A DNA stretch of 64,000 nucleotides from Hypanus sabinus (lineage: Eukaryota), in NCBI RefSeq assembly GCF_030144855.1, contig NC_082714.1, positions 94,054,001-94,118,000 on the forward strand, in the 5' to 3' direction. The notes beneath the pieces are model-generated. The model saw nothing but the letters and a program-made list of their open reading frames with translations. It made no database searches and was not told the origin of the DNA. The position numbers and the translations under genes were made by a program. Positions within the stretch are counted from its first letter, which is position 1, and each line of letters begins with the position of its first letter. Below, one piece after another: positions 12,363 through 24,760 of this stretch.

Positions 12363-12995
12363 GCCCGAAAGAATATTGGTCCCCTTTGGATTCAAATGTA
12401 ATCAGTCTCCTTTGTGCAGGTCTCACCTGCACAGAGGAAGTCTCAATTATCTAGAAGTATGAATCCCTGTCCGCTGCTGCTACTCTTCAACCAAGCATTT
12501 ATCTGCCACCACCTTATTTTATTGTTTTCCTCACTCTCGCGTGACCAAGGCAGCGATACTGAGATTACCAGCTTTAAGCGCATGTTTCTGAGGTTCCTTC
12601 TTAACTCCCTGTATTCTGCTTTCATTACATTCTCCCTTTTTATTCTCATTTCATTCGTATCAATACGGAAACATAGAAAATCTACAGCACAATACAGGCA
12701 TTTCGGCTCACGATGCAGTGCCAAACATGCACTTAGTTTAGAAATTATCTAGGGTTACCCATAACCCTCTATTTTTCTAAGCTCCATGTACCTGTCCAGG
12801 AGTCTCTTAAAAGTTCCTATCATATCCGACTCCATCACAGTCGCCGGCAGCCCAATTCATGCCCTCAAAACCTTCTGCGTAAAAGAAAAAAAATTGCCCT
12901 GACGGCTCTTTTGTAACTACTTCCAAGCACCTTAAGACTGTGCCCTCTCATGTTAGCCATTTCAGCCCTGGGGGAAAGCCTTAGAGTATCCACAC

Positions 12996-15951
12996 TGTTA
13001 CGTACTCGTGACACATGACAGTGGTACACTTGTCACGTGACTGGGGTTGAAGCTATACTGGACATGAGGTAATGGTCTTTTGATGGTGGAGTGATGTCAT
13101 TTTCCCGCCAGTAGAGGTCATGTGACAGGTTTTTTTCACAGGGTATAAAAGGAAGACCCCACCCTGTGAGGAGGGGCAGTTCGTGGCTGGATTTGCCATG
13201 TTGACTTCATGCCACTGCGTGATTTAATGTTATGACGCAGTTTAGTTGAAGGATGAAGTTTTATCTAATGCCTAAAGTTTAAAAGGTCATTGCCAGCAGT
13301 GTCTTCACAATATTGCTAGTTGAGAATCAGTGGAGAGTGAAGATAGGAGTTCGGGTGTTAAAGATCGAGGAGAATCGTTTTCGACGGTGAAACGGGTTCG
13401 ACCTTGTTTAATCCTTATTCGGAAGGAATTCGTTGACTGTTCTCGTGTTAATCTCTCCGGGATAGCAGAAAAGATTGAGAACAGTGTGATAAAGGAAAGG
13501 TTAGAGGAATTGTTCATTCCAATGAGAAGGAAGGATTCAAAGAGGGGGAAGGGGCCACAGTGGTTGACAAAGGAAGTCAGAGATTGTATAGCATTAAAGA
13601 AAAAGAAGTATGACAGGGCTAAGATGAGTGGGAATACAGATGATTGGGAAAGTTTTAATGAGCAGCAGATCTTAACTAAAAAAGCAATACGGAGAGAAAA
13701 AATCAGGTATGAGCTCAGTCTAGCCAGGAATATAAAAGGGGATAGCAAAAGCTTTTTTAGCTATGTGAAGAGAAAGAAGATAGTTAAGAACAATGCTGCC
13801 CCTTGAAGAATGAATTGGGAGAAATTGTTATGGGAAACAGGGAAATGGCAACAGAATTTAATGCGTACTTTAGATCTGTCTTCACCAGGGAGGACACAAG
13901 CAATCTCCCAGATGTATGGATGGGCCAGGGTCATAAGATATCAGAGGAATTGAGACAGATTGACACTAGGAAAGAAACTGTGATGAGTAGGACTGAAGGC
14001 TAATAAATCCCCGGGTCCAGATTGTCTGCATCCGAGGGTTCTAAAAGAGGTGGCTCAGGAAATTGCGGATGCATTGGTAATCATTCTCCAATGTTCCTTA
14101 GATTCAGGATCAGTTCCTGAAGGTTGGAGAGTGGCTAATGTTATCCCACTCTTCAAGAAGGGAGCAAAGGAGAAAACGGAGAACTATCGCCCTGTTAGCC
14201 TGTCAGTCGTGGGGAAGATGCTTGAGTCCATTATTAAGGACGAAATAGTGGCCCATCTAGATGGCAGAAATAGGATTAGGCCGAGCCAGCATGGATTTAC
14301 CAAGGGCAAATCATGCTTGACTAATCTGTTGGAGTTTTCTGAGGGTGTAACAAGGATGTTAGACGAGGGTAAGCCAGTGGATGTTGTATACCTAGATTTT
14401 CAGAAGGCATTCGATAAGGTGCCACATAGGAGATTGGTGAATAAAATCAGAGTTCATGGCATTGAGGGCAGGGTTTCAATATGGATAGAAAACCGGTTGG
14501 CAGATAGAAAGCAAAGGGTAGCAGTGAATGCGTGTTTCTCGGACTGGCTGGAGGTGACTAGTATGGTGCCACAGGGCTCTGTATTGGGACCACAGCTCTT
14601 TACGATTTATGTCAATGATTTAGATGAGGGCATTGAAAACTATATCAGCAAGTTTGCTGACGATACTAAACTGGGTGGCAGTGTGACATGCGAAGAGGAC
14701 GTTAGGAGAATACAGGGATAGGCTGGGTGAGTGGGCAGATACTTGGCAGATGTCATTCAATGTGAATAAATGTGAAGTTATCCACTTTGGAAGCTGGAAC
14801 AAGAGGGCAGAGTACTGTCTGAACGGTGTAGAGTTAGGTAAGGGAGAAATGCAAAGAGACCTAGGAGTCCTAGTTCACCAGTCAATGAAGGTGAATGAGC
14901 AAGTGCAACAGGCAGTGAAGAGGGCAAATGGAAAGTTGGCTTTTGTTACAAGGGGAATTGAATATAAGAGCAAGGATGTCCTTTTGCATTTGTACAGGGC
15001 CCTGGTGAGACCACACCTGGAATATTGTGTACAGTTTTGGTCTCCAGGTTTAAGGAAGGACATTCTGGCAGCTGAGGAAGTGCAGCGTAGATTCACTAGG
15101 TTGATTCCTGGGATGGCAGGGCTGTCTTACGCAGAGAGATTGGAGAGATAGGGCTTGTACACGCTGGAATTGAGGAGATTGAGAGGGGATCTGATTGAAA
15201 CGTTTAAGATAATTAAAGGATTTGATAGGATTGAGGCAGGAAATATGTTCCAGATGTTGGGAGAGTCCAGTACCAGAAGGCATGGATTGAGAATAAGAGG
15301 TCAGTTATTTAAAACAGAGTTGAGGAAGAGCTTCTTCTCCCAGAGAGTTGTGCAGTTGTGGAATGCACTACCTCAGAAGACGGTGGAGGCCAATTCTCTG
15401 GATGCTTTCAAGAAGGAGCTAGATAGATATCTGATGGATAGGGGAATCAAGGGATATGGGGACAAGGCAGGGATTGGTTATTGATAGTGAATGATCAGCC
15501 ATGATCTCAGAATGGCGGTGCAGACTCCAGGGGCCGAATGGTCTACTTCTGCACCTATTGTCTATTGTCTATTGTTAGTGCCTTTAAGCCGTTTCCTGTC
15601 GTTACGTTTCGTAAATTCCTCGTGGGAAAAGTTCGACGTCAGGGATCGAAGCAAAACTACGTGAAAGAGAATCTAAATCGTCTTAAAAAGTCTCTCACTT
15701 AAATGGACTGTGAGCATTTTTGAACTTTTGGCAATCCTACTTTAAAGAACTGTTTTTGCAACATCGCTTTATGAACTGTTTGAGCTGCATCGCTTTGAGA
15801 ACAGTTTAAGCTGCCGCACAGCAGCTGATTTCCGGTTACGTTAGTGTTTGCTAACTTTTGGGGGGTTTGTTTTCAGTGTTTAATAAACGTGTTATTTGGT
15901 ATATAAACCCTTGCCTAACTCATATATTTATTGTTGTCTGAATACGTAACA
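12996..15951 (+). mobile_element. Solo LTR (about 880 bp after removing the inner CR1), Gypsy/ERV-like
   Basis: Termini TGTTACG...CGTAACA, 4-bp TSD ACAC (12992-12995, 15952-15955), TATAAAA 13144-13150, AATAAA 15882-15887. Confidence 0.9.
13505..15574 (+). mobile_element. Relatively young 5'-truncated CR1 LINE inserted in the LTR
   Basis: RT motifs YLDFQKAFDKVPH, PQGSVLGP, FADDTK (ORF 14050-14721), broken into 4-5 ORFs; (CTATTG)3 tail; flanked by (G)TTAG at 13500-13504 and 15574-15578. Confidence 0.95.
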
Positions 15952-16609
15952 ACACGATCAATGCCTCTCATTATATTACTCACCTCCTTCAGGCACCTCT
16001 CAGCCTTATTCAGTTCAAGGAGAAAAGGACTAGTTCGCGCAACCAATTCTCGTAGGTCATGCTCCCCAATCCAGCCAACATCCTTGTAAATCTCCCCTGC
16101 ACCCTTTCTCTAGTTTCCACATACTTTCTGCAGTGAGGTGAACAGAACTAAGCACAGTACTTCAGGTGGGGTCTGAACAGGGTCCTATAAAGCTGTGACA
16201 TTACTTCACGACTCTTAAACTCAATCCCACAGTTAATTGAGGCAAATGCAACGTATGCCTTCCTAACCACACAGTCAACCTGCTCAGCAGCTTTGAGTAT
16301 CCTGTGGACTGGGACACCAAGATCCCTCTGTTCCTCCACATTGCCAAGAGTCTTACCATTAATACTCTATTCTGCCCTCATAATTGCCTACCAAAATGAA
16401 CCACTTCACACAATCTGGGTTGAACTCCATCTGCTTCTTCTGTCATTTATTTTTTTTTTTATTGAAGGAATGACACAGTTCATAATACGTAATGCATTAC
16501 ATTTCTTCCATTTTGCTTTTATATCGTACTCCTAAACAAAACACCCCTCAACCGCCGACCCCGAACATTCCAGTGCAGCTAACGTATTTAGAATGCAACA
16601 CGTTACAAA

Positions 16610-17125
16610 TACAAATACGGACATTTCACGTCCCTATTCTCCTGCCTTTGCTGGAAACCACTGACGCTCTTGCTAATCGAGTGACCATCAACCTATGCTT
16701 TAAGTATATCGATTGTAAACTCAGCTGGCTCCATCATGGCAAACACTCTCTTTAGTATCCAAGATACCTTCAAAAGGCCATGCTTCAAAAAGGGGCATCT
16801 ATCGTTATAGCCCCCATCACTCAGAGCATGCCATCTGTGTATTGCTTCTATCAAGATGGAACTATAAGAGTCTGGAAAGTTTTAGGATCAGCTTCTTCCC
16901 GTCCGCCATCAGATACATGAATGGACAATTAACCCATGAATACTACCTCACAATATTCCCTCTCTATTTGCACTACATATTTAATTTGCAGACAGACAGA
17001 TGGACAGATACATATACTTCTTATTGTAATTTATAGTTTTGATTATTGCGCATTGCAATTTACTGCTACAGCAAAAATAGCAAGTATCACGACAAGGGTC
17101 TGATTCGGACACTGATAATATGAAT
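16610..17125 (+). mobile_element. Rex/Babar-type LINE 3' fragment
   Basis: FRISFFPSAIRYMN motif (ORF 16842-17036) and AT-rich 3' UTR typical of this clade. Confidence 0.65.
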
Positions 17126-17639
17126 TTATGTACATTTTGTTGAGTAATTAGGACACATAGGCAGATTGGAACTGATGTTAAATTACTTTCAATAGTAAAT
17201 CGTTTCTATGTCCTTCAGACAGCCTGCACGGCCAACTCTGTCATGTGTTTTCAGCTAACCTGCCGGCGATCTTCGTGTTCATTGCTGAAGGGGCGACCAA
17301 TGTGGCTATTAGTGTGGTTAGTCGGAAGGAACCAAACCGACTAACGTGCCGGCCTTAACATAATCATGACCTGAACTTCTAGCTAAACGGTGAATAATCC
17401 CTTTGAAGAATAGCTCACTTCTAAACATCTCTTTCAATCAGTAAAAGGAGAACCTGTAGGCAAAAGAACCACGACCCGGCGAAAGGATCGAGAACGTGAT
17501 GTAAGTACACTCAATTTCAAGGTAATGCGATATCTCGGCGTTACCCGACTACACTTAACATTTCTGCTTGAAGAAAGTCCATGTTCTTAAATTTTCTGCA
17601 CATCTATGTACCTATCGTGAAGCCTCTAAAACGACTGTA

Positions 17640-20050
17640 TCGTATTTCCCTCCACCAGCAGCTTGGGCAGAGAATTCCGGGCTCCACACATTATCTGTGT
17701 TAAAAAAAGGGACCGTCATATCTCCTTTGAATTTAACCCAGTTTACCTTAAACTCATGCCTCTTTCCAATAATGTGGAAAAGCGATACTGACTACCTTTC
17801 CTAACTGTGTCTCTCATAGTATGTAAATCTCTGTCAAATAGCCCCTCAGTCTCAGAGGTTCCAAAGAAAACAAACCATGTTTGCTCAAGTTCAAGTTCAA
17901 GTTAAGTTTATTGTCATTCAGCTGTACACATGTATTTCGCCAAACGAAACAACGTTCCTACGGACCAAGTTGCACAACAAGTACGTATGACTTACACATC
18001 ACACTAAGTAATATAACCATAATAACCAAAAATAAATTAACCAGTAATGTGATGCATACAGCACAAGTCAATGGTAGACAGTAGAACTCTAATGACACCT
18101 TTATAGGTGCTGAGACGTGGGTGGTGGTAGGGAGCTTAGTATACTTATGGCTTTGTGGGATGAAGCTGTTTCCCACCCTAAAAGTTCTTGTTTTAATGCT
18201 CCGGTGCCGCCAGCCTGATAGTAGGGGATAAGAAAGATTGTTGGAGGAATGGGAGCGATTATTGACAATGCGAAGAATTCATATGCAGGGCCACACTCTC
18301 ATTATATCAGATGCTGTCCATTCTAGACAACATCCCAGAAAACTTCTTCTGCATTTTCTTCCAAATCCTCAACATCCTTCCTTATATGAAGCTGGTCAAA
18401 ATCGAATGCAATGTTATTTGGAAGTCTAACTGCCGTATCTATTAAGCTCCAAAATAATTTGCCGACTCTGGAACTCATTTTCTTGACATAAAGAAAAGAA
18501 TGTCATCTGCCTTCTTACCACACTTCCAAGCTTTGTCGTTACTTTCGAAGAGATACGGGCTCAACTCCGAAGTCCCTCTGTACGTCAAGGGTGTTATGGG
18601 TATTGTCATTAATAGTGCACCATCCGTTTATAATGCACCATTTCTCACTTGGTGGGATTAAGCTCCTCTGTCATTCGCCGTATCTGTATCCTTTGGTCAC
18701 CTTCTACACTGTCCACAACTTTGGTATCATCTGCAAAATTATTAACCCACCCATTTACATTTTCATACAGGCATTTATATATTATATATATATCACAATA
18801 TCATATATGGCAGAGGTCTCAGTACTGATCCCTGCAGGCCTCAGCCCTCCAGCTAGAATAAGTCCCTTCGACCGGTGCAGTCTATCTTTTATGGACAAGC
18901 CTGTTCTGAATCCAAAAGACCCATTCACCATAGAAATCCATGCAGCTTAATTTCCGATTGAGCCTCCTGTATGGAACCTTGTCAAAAGCCTTACTATAAT
19001 CCATGTAGACAACATCCAGAGCTCTGCCTACAACAAATCACCATCGTCCCATCGTCAAAAGTCTTAATCAAGTTAGGAAGATACGAAGTCCCCCGCACAA
19101 AGACAGGTTTTCCAAACGCTCATAAATCCGATCGTTAAGAATTATTTCCAATAACTTCCCCTACCGCTGACGCGAGACTCACCAGACTTTAATTCTGAAG
19201 ATTATCCCAATTTCCTTTCAACAATAATGGGAAATTAGCTACGTACTCGTTCTCCGCGACCTCGCCTGCGGCTAGAGAGGACCCTCTGAGATATTGGTCA
19301 AGCCTCCAGCATCTCATTTCTTGCGCCTGTCAGTCACACGGCGTATATCCTATCAAAACACCCAGTTAATGTTCCTTGAGAGGCAGAGTAATACCTGATT
19401 CTTTATCTCATAGTGCAGAAGAAAATTCGTACCCTGCGCACTGCGCACCTTCTACATTATTCTCCTTGATGTTAAACACTGAATCACATCCTTCACATCC
19501 ATGCACATGGTCCCTCATTTATCATTTAGTTGTTCTACCCGCTTCTAGTTGTCGTCTTGCTCTTGTTGTATGTATAGAAACCCTCAAGATTTTCTTTAAT
19601 CCGACTTTCCAATCACTTTTCATGGTCTTTTCTGAACTTCCAAACGGCTTCGATTTAGTTTCTAGCTTCTCTATAATTCTTATGGACTCTCGCTGATTTG
19701 TTAGCTTTGCAAACCTTTTTTTTGTAACCAGAGATTCTCATTCCTTTTGGACCAAATTCACTGCCTGTCTCGATACTTCCACTCAAACAGCTGCTCCCAG
19801 TTTACGCCCCCTAGCTTCTTTCTGATATTCTGCAAATTTACCCTGCTCGAATTTAATGATATTTATAATAACCGTTATCCCAGTGAAAGATTAGTCACTA
19901 GACCAGCTCATTGTCAAAATCCAGTTCAATTTTGCCCTAGCCCATTTCTGGAGCACCTGCACATTGATATAGAGACTATTTAGGATTCACCAAACAAATG
20001 TTGTACGGTTTAAATCTCTTGCTTTAAGGAGATCCCACTTGATCTTAGGG
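17640..20050 (-). mobile_element. Old CR1 LINE interrupted by a Rex/Babar-type fragment (17883-18320, - strand)
   Basis: CR1-like ...aaaagccttactataatccatgtagacaacatcc... at 18980-19020; (TTCAAG)n tail of the inserted element at 17883-17905. Confidence 0.65.
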
Positions 20051-20484
20051 AAGTTGAAGTTACCGGGAACAACCCTGTTGTTTTAAGACCTTTGTGTAGG
20101 ATTCAATGTCTTAAAACAAATTACCAATACGGCAATAGTCAGAATTTAACACCAAACCATACGCATTCATGTGACTTGCAGCTGGACTCCCGGTCGGCGG
20201 GACGGCTTCAAAGGAAGAGCGGTCGGGTTTCCAGACCCGCAGCAGTGAATGGAGACACTGTTGGCGTTAGTCCATAACAGCGAAGTGCAGAGATCTTGGG
20301 AAGTCGTGGAGTTGCGGAAGAAGAGAAAGAATACACCAGGAAATGGATTTGGACAGGGAATTTGAGGAGATTTGAGTTGCAGGGAAACAGCATTAAAAAT
20401 GATTACAGATCGCGAGGAGATAGAAGTTGTGCTGCATTCATAAAGGTGTTTCGGATTTGGACGAGTTACACAGATATCACATAC

Positions 20485-20575
20485 GAAATGCTGATGGAAC
20501 ACAGCAGGCTAGGCAGCATCTATAGGGAAAAGCACTGTCGACGTTTCGGGACGTGACCCTTCGTCAGGACTGCAA
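20485..20575 (-). mobile_element. Penelope-like terminal-repeat mini-element carrying the hammerhead
   Basis: Hammerhead followed by ...CCCTATAGATGCTGCCTAGCCTGCTGTGTTCCATCAGCATTT; homologous degraded copies at about 1577-1690, 48073-48211, 59960-60045 and 61670-61740. Confidence 0.55.
20537..20570 (-). ncRNA. Minimal type I hammerhead ribozyme motif in a Penelope-type mini-element
   Basis: Minus strand GUC-CUGACGA-A-GGG-UCACGU-CCC-GAAA-CG-UC|GAC: intact CUGAnGA and GAAA cores, 3-bp stem II, stem I GUC/GAC, palindromic ACGU in place of stem III, GUC cleavage triplet. Confidence 0.7.
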
Positions 20576-21509
20576 CACGTCCAGACGTCCATGGGCTGTG
20601 GAATATTTGGATACATTAGGTCCAGGACTGTGCAAGAGAGTCATAGAGCAGGGACTGAAGAATAATAGAGAAATCAGAAGGATATCACAGGGGCAGGTTT
20701 AGCGACCGAAAGAGAGGGTCCTGCATTTTATTGTTGGATGTAATCAGGAAAATTAAAGCTGAATGCTACGCTTTGCTCCTTAATATAACATCCCTTTGAT
20801 CTGGAATTAACCCGTTATTAAGTTGCCCCACACAAGTAACCTGGCGAGGAATGGTGAAGGGTGGGGAGTGTTACGGTAACCAATCACATGCTACTCCTTT
20901 ACAGGTATACGCCCAGCTGGCGATTGGTACTAACTGATGTGGAAAGGCAGAGTAAATATTATCCTCCGTGAACAACGGAAGAATTAGACATTGTTTCGTA
21001 CGTGTGGAGCAAGAATAGCAACGGAGTAGTGTGATTAAATGTTTTTAAAGAGTCGTTTTAGTAACCGCACAAACTAAGCAACTTACAGTGCGGGAGAGAC
21101 AAACCGGAGCCGCCGGGACGAAAACGTACATTCTCGAAAGAAAGCCCACGCGCAGGAGGCCCAATTGATTCACGGCGCCATCGATCGGCCGCAAGCGCGC
21201 TTGACATATTCCCGGATCTCTCCATCCAATGCCGCACTCAGAGCTCTCCCAGTCTCAGACCAATCGGTAATGATGAACATCAGTTAATCTGTAGTCCAGT
21301 CACTGATTATGTACAGATTGCTAGGATTAAAACTAACACTTTTCCTAAATACTGCTTCAATAAATTATAATTTGGCAATCAATGCTGATTTTATTCTTGA
21401 TCATCCAAACGTCCAATTGGCGGCGAGCCGCTGCCAATTGTCCAAAGGTTGATTGCGCGATCACCGCTGCAGCCATGGATCCTGAATACTCACTCCAGAT
21501 TAGGAGACG

Positions 21510-22190
21510 TTCCAGTGATGGTACAGGATGAGATTCATACTGACAGGAGGTGAAGAAGATTATAGAGTTAAATGCGTGGCTCAAGTATTAGTGTGGGAAA
21601 AGTACGTTTGAATTAATGGGAAGTTGGCACCAGTATTGGGGAAGGAGGGAGCTGTACCAATGGGACAGACTGCACTAAACCGTGATGGGATCTGGATCCT
21701 AGCGAATCGCATAACTAGGACTATGGATAGGGCTTTAAACTAAATAGTAAGGCATGTGTTCAACAGATTGGAGAATTAAACGAGAAAAATGAGGATAAAG
21801 ATAAAAAAGCAAAAAAAAAGACAAAAAAGGAAAAAGTAAGTTTGCTGTGAAGAAAACAGAAGTGCAAAAGAGTAAATAATTACAAGATTTTAAAAGCACC
21901 ATGAGTGTAAAGGCAGTTGACTTGAGTGCCCATAGTATTCGTAATACGAAGAGTGCAGAGGATTGGGAATTAAATATCCAAGGATATCAGGCAATACGGA
22001 AGGGCAGGCAGGAAGGTAAGTGTTCTTAATTAAAGATCAGATCAGGGAAAGAGTTAGAGATGACATAAGATCTAAGGAGTAGAAAGCGGAAATCATCTAG
22101 TTAGAGATTAAAAATAGTAAAGGGAAAACTCATCACTGGAGGAAATTATCTATTGGTCACCGTAAAATAACATCACAGTGGCAAATGTGT
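21510..22190 (+). mobile_element. Degraded CR1 (ORF1 end / endonuclease start)
   Basis: aaatgcgtggctcaag...gggacagactgcactaaac and aatatccaaggatatc...gaagggcaggcaggaagg segments characteristic of CR1. Confidence 0.65.
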
Positions 22191-23069
22191 ACAGTACCAG
22201 CTGGGGCTCAATACAACGACCTCGCCGTCCGGCTCCCTCTAATCACAATATTCCCACCGGGTGTGTCCAACGACCGGTTGGTTCTAAGCGTTTACTCTCT
22301 TCATCTCACGCAGAACGATAGACCCAGCTTACATTCCAAAGCATCCTTTATCACCAACTATAACCCAAACACTGCTTCTAAAGAAAGACCATTGGGTCAG
22401 CAGTGAATCTTTTCTTAAGGTGTTACAAACCTTGAGAACCAACTGTCATTCCACTCCCATGATTATTCATGGAGATAGCGCAGTGAAACAAACTTGTGTT
22501 TCAAAAACAAAACATTAAGGAGAGACATGTTCAAAACGAGCGAAATATGGATGTCTTGGCGTGGGAGAAATAAATGAATCTATCTCAATTAAAAGATCGG
22601 GAAGAGCGTTTCAATGTGATTGATTAACGTTATAGTGAAGATGATGTTTTTTTTGCATTCAACATAAAGCGTGAAAATAATTTGACACTGTTTTGAAGTT
22701 TGGTTGTTGCAGACCCAAATCAGTTTTATTGGGGTTTCTGTTTATTATTCCGTACATCAATCTTGCAACGCATGGTCATTCCAGTTGCTGTCGCTTTCCT
22801 GTCAGCTCGCATCAGTACAGTCATGCTCACCTGACCTATCTCATTAAGAAATTGTTTTCGTCCACAGACCTGTCGTTCACAGGCTTATTTTCTTCGCACC
22901 ATTCTCTGCACACTTTACAGAATTTTGTGCCAGAAAAATCCAAGAGATACACAGCTTCCGAAATACCCAAACCACCCTGTCTAGCACTCACAGTCATGTC
23001 AGGTTTAATGCCACTTATTTCTCATTTTGATGTTTGGTCTCAACAATAAACAAACCTCTTTACCAGATC

Positions 23070-23166
23070 TGAATTCCTCTATGGATTGAGTTGCTGCCGC
23101 ATGACTTGTTCATTAGGTATTTGCATTAACGATCAGCAATACCTGATAAAGTAGGCACTGAGTGTA
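23070..23166. mobile_element. Tc1/mariner terminal fragment
   Basis: ...atttgcattaacgatcagcaatacctgataaagtaggcactgagtg|TA: CAGTG-type TIR end followed by TA. Confidence 0.55.
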
Positions 23167-23499
23167 TACATGAGTTGTGGGTATGATATACTGACCTCCA
23201 AAGCATTACGACGTTTGTGGGTTCCGTCGGACTGTGCTGGTTGTTAACCTAAACATTGTACTTCACTGTGTGTGCCGATATATATGTGACAAACAAGACT
23301 AATCACATCCTTGCCTTTTTTATTGGAATGACACGAGAAATTTTGAAAGCGAATCCAAAGATTTCAGTCCCATGCGCACACAATTAAATCCCGGAATTGC
23401 GTTCAGTTGTAAGAAGCTGTGGTGTTGTTCTTGTTATCGGTCTTTATACTCCACACACTCCGGAACTATGTTCCTATGTGGAACTCAGTATTGATTTGC

Positions 23500-24760
23500 A
23501 TGATAAGAATCACGTGACAAGTGAATGGTGCCGTATCGAATACCACCAGGTTCTTGTTGCTATCCTTCCGACCATCTTTCAGGGAAAGTTTGCTCAACAA
23601 CATCATCTGAGTGTACTTTTCGTGGCTGTTTCTCCTGCTTTGTGTTCGCAGTGGAAAGATTGTAAAGCAGCTAAATGCATGGAAGGATGAAAACGCAACA
23701 GATTGCTACTTTTCTTGGTTGTCCAGTACTAAAGTTATTTTCCGGATCTGTTCTCCTTCTGCAGATTTATTTCTCATAACAATAAATTCAGCTACAATAC
23801 TAATGTATTTTTTATCTTATTTTTCGAGAATTATTAATTTCATGGTTCTGCTCGGACAAGCCATCAATGTTCTGTTGGAATTACAATGAATAAACTCTTG
23901 TTTCTGTCTCTGCATGAGACTCTGTTGTTCCTCGGCACCTGGGTTCAGTCGTTTGTCAGCGCACACTGTGACAGTCGTACCTAGAGCCTGAAATGGACCC
24001 GACGGAGTGTCAACTGCCGCTTCGACAACAGTTAGCTGGAGGCGAGCGTCCCTTATATTCTCTGCTACGAGTTTTCCTGTGCCTCCCACTGACGTACAGG
24101 TTTCCGATGAATATTCCATATTCCCGAGTTATATGCCATGTTATCGATTTTACCAGCGCTGTCTCCAGAGCATCAAGCCTGTTTCGAGTTTACCAGTTCG
24201 GTCCAGAGAAATCAGGTATGCCTCGAGCTTACCAGTCCAGTCTCCAGAATATCAGCTCTGTCTCGAATTTCCCGGCCCTTTCTCGAGAGCATCATGTCTG
24301 TCTTGAATTCACAATCCCTGTCTCGAGTAACCTAAGTCTCCTTAGGACGTCACGTGCTGGCCGTTGGGAATGATGTACTTCAAAGTGCCATCCGGAGCTG
24401 TGAAAGTGTCTTTGTTAATTATTGTTTTTATCAAGAGTCATTAAACCAGTTTGCTTTCAGTTTAATGTTGTTAAGTTTATTTTGACTGACACGAGTTTTC
24501 TGTGCAGTATGATTATTTAAACTAGACTCACCATTGGCACTCATTGCGGTATCCTGGTGTTTCGAGAAAGATTCGACTGGCTGTTGTTCATTCAAGCAAC
24601 TGATATTCTTGTTGGAATTGTTACCTAAAACTGTCTCTGTGTGGGAGTCTGTGGATCGAATATTCGTGGGATCAGTCGTTTGTCAGCGCCCGTCGTGATA
24701 GTCTCATAGTTCGGGCTCCTTGCTTAGTGGGTTCAAATTCGAGACAATTAGAAGGATAAC
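23500..24760 (+). mobile_element. Gypsy-like LTR remnants: two LTR 3' ends with a short internal segment
   Basis: Exact 18-mer TCAGTCGTTTGTCAGCGC at 23945-23962 and 24672-24689, followed by ...TGTGACA (23973) and ...CGTGATA (24700); the first is followed by an MDP-starting gag-like ORF (23993). Confidence 0.55.
24144..24330 (+). repeat. Imperfect ~40-bp tandem repeat, about 4.5 units
   Basis: TCGA-anchored units start at 24144, 24184, 24223, 24263 and 24303 (tcgagtttaccag...ccagag.atca...tgt). Confidence 0.75.

Larger units (their letters stand above)
12668..16440 (-). mobile_element. CR1 3' fragment acting as host; split at 12995/15952 by a solo LTR
   Basis: 12668-12995 and 15952-16440 rejoin into sequence collinear with the uninterrupted copy at 5941-6700 (tatccacac|gatca). 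Confidence 0.85.

Noticed and set aside
17317-17345. Perfect 9-bp hairpin GTTAGTCGG/CCGACTAAC
   Set aside because: A few 9-bp stems with short loops are expected by chance in 64 kb; no other support.
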